Shown here: positions 30,075 through 39,054 of the stretch, in pieces
Numbering within the stretch: position 1 is the stretch's first letter
Layout of the letters: each line of letters starts with the position of its first letter
Assembly: GCA_965203465.1 (NCBI GenBank)
Contig: CBDBCR010000001.1
Location: forward strand, 288,001 to 352,000
DNA: 64,000 nt
Reading direction: 5' to 3'
Source: Nitrosopumilaceae archaeon
GTDB taxonomy: Archaea > Thermoproteota > Nitrososphaeria > Nitrososphaerales > Nitrosopumilaceae
Notes under the pieces: model-generated
Told to the model about the DNA's origin: nothing
Database searches by the model: none
The model's input: the letters and a program-made list of their open reading frames with translations, nothing else
Translations under genes and position numbers: made by a program

Positions 30075-31052
30075 TTGGTCGGAAATCCAGGATACGACGC
30101 GATGTTCACCAAGTTCTTCAACTCGGCCCAGCTCGCCAGCACGTACAAGCCCGTCTTCCTCAGGTCGCTCTTGGACGTGGGCGATCTGGCAGACAGATCC
30201 AAAAGGGCCAAGATCGTCGGCAGAAAATGGCTCAAGTTCAGGTGCAACGGCGAGAGGCTATTCGTCGATCTCAACTTTATCGCGGTCCGGTTCGCAAAGT
30301 ACTACTGGGACATGGAATACAGGTTCAAGCTCAGGCAGTCGCAGGATCGCCAAGACGCGAACATCCTGAAGATCATAAGAGGAGCGCAGGCCGCTAGGAA
30401 AAAACCGCCCACGATCAGGGCGCTGGCGAGCACTTCCATGTCCGAGTTCCGCGCACAAGTAATCCGAAAGAGCATAAGGCCGGAAGTCCTCGTGCACCTC
30501 AAAACCAACATGCCCAGCCTCTACAAAAAAGAGAAGACCGGCGAGATATCATTCAATGCTAAAATAGTGCCGTACATCAAACGCAATAGGACGCTGCTGA
30601 GGAACGGGCTCAACTACACCATCGCCCGATACCTTGAAAAAATAAACCGGGGCACGCCCAGCATAGCCAAAAAAGTAGGCTACAACTCCGACAGCATCGT
30701 CAAGCCCATGCTCTGCCCCGGCGCGATCAAGGACATGCGCAGGTGGCAGTATTCGCGCTGCTTTTACTGCGGGGGCAACTTGCGCAAGCACCACGTAGAC
30801 CACGTCATACCGTTCAATTTCGTCTTCTCCACAGAGCTTTACAACTGCGTCCTGTCGTGCCCGGGTTGCAACTGCAAAAAGTCTGACACGCTGCCAGAGA
30901 GGAGCCGGTTCGCCAAAGTGGTGGCCCGCAACCGGAAAAAACTAGACTACATCCAAAAGCAAGAAATAGCGTACAAAGAAGAGTCGTACTGCCTGCTGTT
31001 CAACACCTGCGTGATTCAATACAACGGCAAAAAGTTCTTCAGGCCAAGCTAG
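30075..31052 (+). CDS. HNH endonuclease with TYK..L / F..YYW N-terminal domain
   Basis: CFYC..HVDHVIP..N.VLSC..CN..K; paralog of 43633-44685. Confidence 0.9.
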   Translation: MVGNPGYDAMFTKFFNSAQLASTYKPVFLRSLLDVGDLADRSKRAKIVGRKWLKFRCNGERLFVDLNFIAVRFAKYYWDMEYRFKLRQSQDRQDANILKIIRGAQAARKKPPTIRALASTSMSEFRAQVIRKSIRPEVLVHLKTNMPSLYKKEKTGEISFNAKIVPYIKRNRTLLRNGLNYTIARYLEKINRGTPSIAKKVGYNSDSIVKPMLCPGAIKDMRRWQYSRCFYCGGNLRKHHVDHVIPFNFVFSTELYNCVLSCPGCNCKKSDTLPERSRFAKVVARNRKKLDYIQKQEIAYKEESYCLLFNTCVIQYNGKKFFRPS

Positions 31053-31247
31053 GCGCCGCGGCCCCGTACCGGCTCGGCTTTCCGATCCATGTCTCTGGCC
31101 AGTTCAGGCCAGAGTTGGCGGCGCCGGACTTAATCCCGGTCAACCCTTGGGCTTCTTGTTCGAGCCTGCACCATGCAGCTTTCAGCGCCTCGCTAGTCAG
31201 AGTCGACTGCCTCGGCACGGCCTTTGCGGATCAGTCCGTACAGCGCA

Positions 31248-32086
31248 CTATCGCATTGGCGGCAGCCGGGCGCGCACCATTCCGGCACGCCGTCCTTGTT
31301 TTACGATAACAGACCGGGCAGTTCTTGCCAGACTGGCGAATTTGAGACCGAGCTGAGTTCGCGGCGGTGCTGTTGCCGACGTAAAGCCCAACGACGGCAA
31401 TTCGGGAATCCGTTCAACAACCCAGTCCACAATCTCTGGATTATTCTAGAAAAACCTGTTTATCCTGACGGCAGACCGGAATGCCCTAATCCATTGCATT
31501 GTAGACGACATGGCGGCTCTCCCTCCTGCATTGCCTGAACCCGGGCCGTTTGCCGGGGTTCCAGATCGCGACACTTTCGACTCCACACGATCTTTGATCG
31601 CAACGTGCTCCACGGCGCCGGCTTCATAATGCATACCCTGCGTCATGCGTGTGGTTATTAACCCTGCCGGTCGACTCCCCCGTCGGCTTACATCAAGCAC
31701 ATAAACGAAGTGGATTAGCAACCCGTCCGTGTATCTTTTCTTCGTGGTTCCGGGCCTGCAAAGGGGCGCGTGACGCCTGACATGAAAGACTGAGACGCGG
31801 TGATTAAAACAATATCCCAGTAAGGTCAGGGATCTTCCGGATCCGGGCCGACGTCGGGGTAGTCCAAGCCCAGAGTCTTGGCTATCTTGCCGGAAACCGG
31901 GCGCCCTTTGGGTTGCCCGTCCAAGATATCGTCGCCATGGCCCTTGGCGGGTTGATGGACTATCAAAACATCGCATTGGCCGGCAGTTGACCTCGGTCCC
32001 GCTAACGGGCGGACGGATGCGTGCAATATGCGCCGGCCGACCCTGCGCCAGTCCCTGGCGGCCGTCACCTCTGTCCTGCCGCGCAC
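31248..32086 (-). pseudogene. Fragmented lower-GC gene remnant of unknown family
   Basis: Coding-like pieces separated by in-frame stops (RINRFF*NNPEIVDWVVERIP; EDP*PYWDIVLI). Confidence 0.35.
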
Positions 32087-32368
32087 TATACTGTACGCGA
32101 TGCGCTAGGGGCACCCCGCGGCCGAGCGCGCCCGTCCTGCAGCTCTTTCCGCGAGCGCTCGGGCCTTGGCGGCAACGGGCGGATGACGCCGCTCCGCAAC
32201 GCGCGCGCCCAAAGTCGCAGAACGGCGCCGGCTCGCCGGGACGGGCGGGGAAGCGCGTGCGCCGGTTCGGGATTTGTCCGCAAACGGGCCCCGATACAGC
32301 GCGCAAAAGAGCCGGTCCAGGTCTTGGACGCGTCCGCTGCCCGACGCGGGGCGGCCTTTGCGGCGAAT

Positions 32369-32455
32369 CCTATAACACCACGCCAAAGCAATTTCCCTCT
32401 CGTACTTCGGGCGTAGGCTAGGGTGGAGGGAAATACATCTGAGTGGTGTTATAGG
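32369..32455. mobile_element. MITE-like 87-bp inverted-repeat element
   Basis: CCTATAACACCAC / GTGGTGTTATAGG outer arms and ATTTCCCTC / GAGGGAAAT inner arms; TA-type ends; partial copy at 4391. Confidence 0.65.
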
Positions 32456-32713
32456 TTCCATTTTGCTCTGAAAAATCCCCAGCCGACGCGTATTACATGC
32501 GCCCGCGCGGCCTGTCAAGTGCCCAGGGCCCACATTTACACCAGAACAGCAGAACCGCCCGAAAGCTTCAGCCACCTGGATAATTCAAGCCCTGATGCCG
32601 CGTGCCGCGCGCACGGCTTAATCAATTTGTCTGGAGCAGGTCGAGTTCAGCCTAGCCCCCCGCTAGGCGCCCCCAGCTCCGCGACGGAGGGCCTTTGGGC
32701 CTGTGCTGCCGTC

Positions 32714-33640
32714 TCATTTCCTGCGCCTTATCGGCACCACGTGTATGGCGCAGTGGCGCGATTCGTCCACGGACGCGCTCGTTTCCAGCTCCAGACTAAA
32801 GTCGCTCGCGGACCTGGCCTCCGGATATTCCTCTGCGAGGTGCGCCTCCAGCAAGTCGATCATCATGGCCCGCTCGGGCGGCCTCAGCTCGAAATAGTTG
32901 GGCATGTGCCTCTTTGGGACGATGACTACGTGCTGCCCGTAACGCGTGCGCTTTACCTGCGCCGCGCCGGCCAGGAAGTTTTGCATTTTCATCTCGCGCT
33001 TGCACCAACGGCATCCTTTGTGGCCGAACGCCTTGCGGTTGATCTCCTGCAGAAAGTCGAGATCGTCGCGGTCCCTCTTTTGGCTGTTGCACTTGTAGCA
33101 GAGCGCCTGCAGGTTGGACAGCTCGTCCGGGCCGCCCTTGCTCCTCGGCACGATGTGGTCCACCTCGATCGCCCTTTCCAGGCTAGAGACGCCGCAGGCC
33201 ACGCAGCGGCCCCCCGACTTTGCCAAGACCTTGTACCGCATGGAGCCGCTGACTGCCTTGGGGGAGTGGGGCCCGTCGCCGTGCGGCGGGATGCCTTTGC
33301 GCATTTTGTACTCGTTCAGCCTGTGCCTGCACGAAGCCACCAAGTTCTCGCGCTGCCTTTTAGTCAGCCCGGACGCGGTGAGCGTGAACATGCGGTTGCG
33401 ATCCCCGATGCCCGATTCGGTGATCACCCCGTGTTTTTTGAGCGTGCGGCGCGGCCACCTGTTCACTATGTGTATGTAATATTCGAGCTGCGCGTAGTCG
33501 TTCCTCAAAAACTCCCTGGCCGCACCCCAAGCGCTGACCGTGCCGCCGTTCCTCAGCATCTTTTCTATCATGACGGGCTGGTACACGCCGGTCATGCTCA
33601 TCCTGTTCTCTATGAAGTCCATCAGTTCTTTGTAATTCAA
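32714..33640 (-). CDS. HNH endonuclease-HIT domain fusion
   Basis: YQPVMI N-domain; CVACG..EVDHIVP..NLQALC..CN; HIT-like CRWC, HVVIVPKRH, HCAIHVVP. Confidence 0.85.
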   Translation of the reverse strand: MNYKELMDFIENRMSMTGVYQPVMIEKMLRNGGTVSAWGAAREFLRNDYAQLEYYIHIVNRWPRRTLKKHGVITESGIGDRNRMFTLTASGLTKRQRENLVASCRHRLNEYKMRKGIPPHGDGPHSPKAVSGSMRYKVLAKSGGRCVACGVSSLERAIEVDHIVPRSKGGPDELSNLQALCYKCNSQKRDRDDLDFLQEINRKAFGHKGCRWCKREMKMQNFLAGAAQVKRTRYGQHVVIVPKRHMPNYFELRPPERAMMIDLLEAHLAEEYPEARSASDFSLELETSASVDESRHCAIHVVPIRRRK

Positions 33641-33727
33641 CGCTGTGAGACGGGCGGCATGCAGATTTAAGCATGGCGGCATCCTTCAACCACCTCCTGT
33701 CTTGCGCCAGTCACCGGTAGCCCACGT

Positions 33728-34747
33728 CTACTCGATCATGTATCCTTCCAAGAGGCGGTCCCAGCTGGACGACATCTGACTGTATTCGTATTGGCAGTTC
33801 TTCGCCCTCTCTGGGTGGAGGTAGTCGCCGCCTACCAAGATTCTGTTGTATTCGGGATCGGCGCCGTACGCGTAGCAGGCGATGTTGTAGAACCTCTCTA
33901 TGCTCAGCGAGTGGACGTCGTGGTAGGCGGGCGGCCCCTCCTCTTCGTTCCACTCTTGGCGCCACCAATCAGCCACGTCGATCATCATGTTTACCCCCGT
34001 CTCGTAGCGGGGATCGTAGTCGCCGTAGGTGCGCGACTGGATCAGGGCCGCGAACTGATCCACCGCGTCCTCCTCGAGCCCGGTTATCGGCAGGCCGTAT
34101 ATGTCCACGAGGGCGTGCCCCGTCTCGTGCAGCAGAATGCCGTCCAGCACGTTGTACGCAAAGCTTTCTGGCCTATCTGCGTAGTCGGGATACAGAGCAT
34201 CGCCGTCGTTCAGAACATCGTCTACCAACTCGTAGCACATTGTGATCTTCTTTTCGCTCGGGCTGTAGCGCGCGTTTACTTCGTCGCACTCTGCCCCCTC
34301 GATCAGCACGTCGTACGGCAGCTTGTAGTTTTCGTTGAGCCATTCCGCGTTGTCCTCCAGCAGGTACGTACCCTGCAGGTACGCGGCGGCATCCGGGTAC
34401 GAGGCACTGGGTTCGTACCCTACGTAAAAGTCGCCCTCGTCGGCGTACACCTCGACGGCCCGCACGATGCCGTTGTCCACCAGGAATTGGATGGCCGACA
34501 GGATCTCCCGATCGGACACCTGCCCGTCGGTGTCCGCATCGTCCAAGTACCCGATCATGGCCACCCACAAGAGCTCGGCTTCGGATATGTGGCCCGCTAC
34601 GTACAGCTCAAAGACGTGCTCCATCCATTCTAGCACCCAGGTGCCGGGCCGGGCGTGCGCCTCGCCCAAAAGCTCGTCCACCTGGCCGCGCGCCTCCAGC
34701 GCCGAGGCGCACGCGAGCGCCGCGACCGCCAAGCACGCCCACCGCAT
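33728..34747 (-). CDS. Secreted zinc metallopeptidase (DUF4344-like)
   Basis: HETGHAL, GLEEDAVDQFA, DVHSL..ERFYNIACYAYG; signal peptide. Confidence 0.85.
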   Translation of the reverse strand: MRWACLAVAALACASALEARGQVDELLGEAHARPGTWVLEWMEHVFELYVAGHISEAELLWVAMIGYLDDADTDGQVSDREILSAIQFLVDNGIVRAVEVYADEGDFYVGYEPSASYPDAAAYLQGTYLLEDNAEWLNENYKLPYDVLIEGAECDEVNARYSPSEKKITMCYELVDDVLNDGDALYPDYADRPESFAYNVLDGILLHETGHALVDIYGLPITGLEEDAVDQFAALIQSRTYGDYDPRYETGVNMMIDVADWWRQEWNEEEGPPAYHDVHSLSIERFYNIACYAYGADPEYNRILVGGDYLHPERAKNCQYEYSQMSSSWDRLLEGYMIE

Positions 34748-34835
34748 ACCCAACTCGGGCGGGCCGCGCCGCTTGCCATATGAACCGAACCCGCGCATTT
34801 TATCTTTAAATAAGGAACGGGCCGAATACGAACGC

Positions 34836-36443
34836 TTGGCACGCATCATGATACTGGCCGTCCTGCTCGCCGCCGCGCCGGCCCTCGCCTACGGCCACGG
34901 CCTCGGCGCCGACCAGGCCCCCCCGATAACCTTCGAGGGCATGGACGTGACCATACGCACCGAGCTGACCCCGTCGGACATCACGGCCGGCCAGTTCGAG
35001 GACGCCAACATCGGGATACGCTTCTTCGACGAGCGCACCGACGCCAACCTGCGCGACGTGACCTACCGCGTGGAGATATACCGCAGCCAGGACCTGCTGG
35101 CGAGGGACCTGTTCTACGACACCGACGGCGAGCTCAACGTCGAGGTAAGGCCCGTCCCCTCGTGCGCGCAGGACCCGCTCTGGCAGTGCACAAAGACGTA
35201 CGGCGAGACGCACCCCATAGCCGGGGCGCTGTTCGCCCGCGGAGAGGGGCGGCCCATAATAGAGGGGCCCATATTCGACAAGGGCGGCCTGTACAACATA
35301 CGGGTGGACATCGAGGGCGCCTCTAGCCCGAGGACGCTGGTCGGCGAGCCGCTCAGCTTCGAGACGTTCGTCAGCGTCGCGCAGGACCAGAACTTCCTGA
35401 TACAGACGGCAGACGCGCAGGAGGTGCCCGTGACCGTAAAGACCTACTACGACGACGTGACCTCGCTGGAATACTCGGATGCGGACGACTCGATCACCTT
35501 CGAGATGCCCTTCGACTGGGATCCGGGCTACATATCGCAGGTGCAGGTGGTCCACGAGGAGGTCAGGATACCCAAGGACTTTGCCCCGTACGCGCCCGGC
35601 TCGTCCTTCGAGGGGTACGTAAACGGCGTAAAGGTGGCGAGCCGCGCCCTGCTGCTCGACCCGTACAGCTCCGACGAGCAGAACATACTGCACTTCCTGG
35701 TCACGAACTCAGAGCTGGAGAGGATAAACGGGATACTCGGGGAAGAAAACCACGCCTCGGGCTCCATGACGTTCAGGCTGGTGCCCACCTCCGAGGCCGG
35801 CCTGGAGTCGGCCGAGTTCTACCTGGTGGACGTGCAGTCGGGCGAGCGCTCGGGGGCCAACGTGGGCCTGAGCTGGGACGGCCGGTCCGCCGGGCCCGTC
35901 CCGGTGAGCATCTCGTTCCGCGACGATTCGGGGGCCCTCATACGGGACGCAAAGTACGCGTACTTTTTGATGGACCGGGGCGGCCGGACGGTGCAGTCGG
36001 GCGGCGACGATCCGGCAGACCCGGGAATAGAGGCGTTCGAGGGCATCGACGTGCAGCGCCTCGAGGTGCGGCCCGGCCAGCCGTACCGGCTCGACGTGTG
36101 GCTCTTGGGGAGGGGGCTGGACCTGGACCAGGCCAACGCGGGGATAGGCTCGGCGCTCATCGAGGTGGGCCCGCCGGCGCTGCCCTCGTGGATAAAGACC
36201 AACGCGGGCCTGTGGGCCTCGGGCCAGATAGACGACGGCACGTTCGTCGGCGCCATCCAGTACCTGATCAGCGAGGGGATAATATCGGTGCCGCCAGGCT
36301 CTGCGCCTTCCGGTTCGGCCGACGGGATACCGGGCTGGGTGCGCTCCAACGCGCAGCTGTGGGCCTCTGATCAGATAGACGACGCCACGTTTACCGGCGG
36401 GCTGCAGTGGATGGTCTCCAACGGGATAATCGATGTGCCATGA
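34836..36443 (+). CDS. Secreted surface protein with two C-terminal WxxxNAxxWAxxQIDD repeats
   Basis: Signal peptide AYGHG; paralog of 14972-16273; thaumarchaeal-type C-terminal repeats. Confidence 0.88.
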   Translation: MARIMILAVLLAAAPALAYGHGLGADQAPPITFEGMDVTIRTELTPSDITAGQFEDANIGIRFFDERTDANLRDVTYRVEIYRSQDLLARDLFYDTDGELNVEVRPVPSCAQDPLWQCTKTYGETHPIAGALFARGEGRPIIEGPIFDKGGLYNIRVDIEGASSPRTLVGEPLSFETFVSVAQDQNFLIQTADAQEVPVTVKTYYDDVTSLEYSDADDSITFEMPFDWDPGYISQVQVVHEEVRIPKDFAPYAPGSSFEGYVNGVKVASRALLLDPYSSDEQNILHFLVTNSELERINGILGEENHASGSMTFRLVPTSEAGLESAEFYLVDVQSGERSGANVGLSWDGRSAGPVPVSISFRDDSGALIRDAKYAYFLMDRGGRTVQSGGDDPADPGIEAFEGIDVQRLEVRPGQPYRLDVWLLGRGLDLDQANAGIGSALIEVGPPALPSWIKTNAGLWASGQIDDGTFVGAIQYLISEGIISVPPGSAPSGSADGIPGWVRSNAQLWASDQIDDATFTGGLQWMVSNGIIDVP

Positions 36444-36646
36444 GGGACATCAACGACGTGCTGCCGCCGGTCCCGGACATGAAGTGGGGGGCCCTTACCA
36501 ACGTGCCGCCCACGCGCCGGCGCATACGCGAGATGGACAGGGTGTTCCCGGCCAACGGGCGCTGGCACACCGTCTTCGAGGACGCCGAAAAGGTGCACGT
36601 CGACGGGGCGGTGATCTGGAAAAAGAGACCAGAGTCGTGGACCTGA
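36440..36646 (+). CDS. Small hypothetical protein
   Basis: ATGA overlap with the upstream gene and abuts the rhomboid; 68 aa. Confidence 0.75.
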   Translation: MRDINDVLPPVPDMKWGALTNVPPTRRRIREMDRVFPANGRWHTVFEDAEKVHVDGAVIWKKRPESWT

Positions 36647-37399
36647 ATGATACCGCTGCGCGACGACACGCCGCACCCGCCCGGCTTCAAGCCGCGCCTC
36701 ACGCAGGCGCTCATCGTGGCCAACGTGGCCGTCTTTTTCTTGGAGGTGGCCGTCACGGGGCAGTTTCTCGACTTTACCAACCGCAACGCGGCGGTCATGT
36801 TCTACCAGTGGGGGGCCGTCCCCGCCTGCATAACGGGCCTGGACGCCGAGGTGCCCTGCCAGCCCGAGCCGTACCTGGGCCTGCTTACGTCCACGTTCAT
36901 GCACGGCGGGCTGCTGCACCTGGGGGGCAACATGCTGTTTTTGTGGATTTTCGCGGACAACATAGAGGCGAAACTGGGCCGCCTGAAGTTTTTGGGGGTG
37001 TACCTTGCCTGGGGGGTCGGCGCCGGCCTCATACATGTGGCCGCCGACCCGGCCAGCCCGATACCTGCGGTGGGTGCCTCAGGGGCCATATCGGGGGTGC
37101 TCGGGGCGTACCTGATGATCTTTCCGCGCGCCCGGATACTGACGTTCGTGTTTTTGGGGTTTTTCATGCAGATGATACGGATACCGGCAAAGTGGTTCCT
37201 TCCGTTCTGGCTGGTGTTTCAGAACTTGCTGCCCTTTTTCATAGGGGGCTTCGGGCTGGGCTTGGACGGCGGGGGCGGGGTGGCCTACATGGCCCACATC
37301 GGCGGGTTCGCCCTGGGCTTGGCCGGCGGGTACCTGTACAAGCGCACGCACACCGACCAGTTCACCTACGGGACGCGGTACGGGTGGAGGGGGGACTAG
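36647..37399 (+). CDS. Rhomboid intramembrane serine protease
   Basis: FMHGGLLHLGGNM, GASG, AHIGG. Confidence 0.95.
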   Translation: MIPLRDDTPHPPGFKPRLTQALIVANVAVFFLEVAVTGQFLDFTNRNAAVMFYQWGAVPACITGLDAEVPCQPEPYLGLLTSTFMHGGLLHLGGNMLFLWIFADNIEAKLGRLKFLGVYLAWGVGAGLIHVAADPASPIPAVGASGAISGVLGAYLMIFPRARILTFVFLGFFMQMIRIPAKWFLPFWLVFQNLLPFFIGGFGLGLDGGGGVAYMAHIGGFALGLAGGYLYKRTHTDQFTYGTRYGWRGD

Positions 37400-37414
37400 G
37401 CCGGACAGGCGCGG

Positions 37415-37786
37415 CTTTTCCGCTCTGCGGCCCCATTGAAGCGTTCTGTACATGTCCTCGATCGGCGTCTAGACTTTCCGCAACCGCTCTGCGGCCCCAT
37501 TGAAGCTACGACACTGTGGACACACCGCGGTATCTGGGCCGCATCTTTCCGCAACGTGTTGCGGCCCCATTGAAGATCGTTGTACGGATCCTTCAGGAAC
37601 ACCATCATCTCGCCTTCTGCAACTTTCAAGTTGCGGCTCCATTGAAGAGGCCCCTCTCCGAGCCCGAGTGCCTTCTGCTTGTTTTTCCCGCAACCCTGTT
37701 GCGGCCCCATTGAAGCGGCGGCTTGCTCTGGTCTATGGCGAGCACCGCGTCCGCCTTCCGCAGCCAAAGTTGCGGCCCCGTTGGAG
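37415..37786 (+). CRISPR. Orphan degenerate CRISPR-like array, 6 repeats / 5 spacers
   Basis: Repeats at 37415, 37474, 37545, 37613, 37684, 37754; consensus CTTTCCGCAAC-loop-GTTGCGGCCCCATTGAAG; unique spacers of about 32-39 nt. Confidence 0.85.
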
Positions 37787-38231
37787 CTGGTTCGATCTGG
37801 CGTCCGAGCGGATCGTGCAGGTTTCATGGATGATCCGGCCGCGGGCCGATCTCTCGGCCCCGTGCGGCACGCGGCTGAAGGCCGGGCGCGGCGCGCGCTT
37901 TTGCAATCTGCGCGCCGCTATCTCCCCTTTGTCCCCAGAGTCGCCTTGTGCAGGCCGCACTCGAAACGGAAACCGCCGAGCAGGCCAGGCCAAACAGCAA
38001 AGTCCGTCTCGTCTCCGCTGCCCGAATCCGGCTTCAAAACCCCCATGTCAACGTTACGCAGGTTGTATGGCCGGCTCCCGCGTCCGCCAAGAAACGGATC
38101 TTGCCAAAACCGCATTCGAGCAGCGGCGGGCTGGCGACCGTGCCGTTGATCCCGATCGGCGCGCCGCCCACCTTCGTTGCTGTTTTCATACGCGTCCCGC
38201 TTGTTGCCTACACGCGGTTCTTTGCGGACCG

Positions 38232-38555
38232 CTAGAACAGCCGCCCTACCTCTTGCCTGTTGATGCGGTCTATGACCACGTTTCTCCTGTCGATCCCCTT
38301 CCTGTCGATCTCTTCCAAAAGTTCCGAAAAGTCCTCGTGGCTGGCGCGGACCTTTTTGCCGAGGACGGCTACGTACATGTCGCCGTAGTCTTTTTTGAGC
38401 GCCTCGCGGTTGTCCACCACCCACCCCGTATCGGCGCTGAATCTTGCAAGATCGGCGCATATCTGGTCGTAGTTTTTGGCGATCATCTCTTTCGCCTCTT
38501 TTACGTGCGGCAAGGACTCTCCTTCTCCCACGTACACGATGCTGGGACGGCTCAA
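38232..38555 (-). CDS. DUF5678-like small protein
   Basis: WVVDNREALKKDYGDMYVAVLGKKV pattern. Confidence 0.6.
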   Translation of the reverse strand: MSRPSIVYVGEGESLPHVKEAKEMIAKNYDQICADLARFSADTGWVVDNREALKKDYGDMYVAVLGKKVRASHEDFSELLEEIDRKGIDRRNVVIDRINRQEVGRLF

Positions 38556-38726
38556 CCGGCATGCTTTCTTCGGGCCTGCATAAAAAACCGCCGGATTGCA
38601 GGGGGCATGGGCGCCGGCGCGAATTCGCAGGACGGCCCCCGACTAGGCACGGCTTGGCGGGCAGCCTCCGAGCCCGGTTCTTGCCGGTATCTGGAGGCAC
38701 AAATACGGACTTGCGGCATATCGGGC

Positions 38727-38927
38727 ATGGAATACGACGCAAGGGGCGTGCTCAAGATGCACGGCAACCCGTACACGGCGGTCGAGGCAATCATGCGCTG
38801 GGATCACTTGAGCTTGGACGAAGCCGTCGAGTCGGTGAGGGCCGCCGCCGGCATGGTCGAACAGAGGTACGTGGACAATTTCAGGCGGCTGCTGGCCAAA
38901 GCTGAACGCGCTTCCCGGTCTGGGTGA
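38727..38927 (+). CDS. Small hypothetical protein (66 aa)
   Basis: CACAAATAC motif 21 nt upstream; decayed paralog at 46321-46467. Confidence 0.6.
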   Translation: MEYDARGVLKMHGNPYTAVEAIMRWDHLSLDEAVESVRAAAGMVEQRYVDNFRRLLAKAERASRSG

Positions 38928-39054
38928 GGGACCGGCCGCCGTCTTGGAATCATCGTCCGCCGCTTGGCCCCTCCGCGAAGATCCGGGCCTCCGCGCAGGC
39001 CGCGCCTTCCCGGGCTGGCTCCGCGGGGCGGCGCCGTCCGGCGGGCCCGGCCCG

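Noticed and set aside
30075-33640. HNH proteins as Cas9/IscB-like effectors of the CRISPR array
   Set aside because: No RuvC motifs or bridge helix; 4-7 kb from the array with core genes in between
37500-38927. 475-aa ORF across the CRISPR array
   Set aside because: Chance open frame; only the last 66 codons look coding
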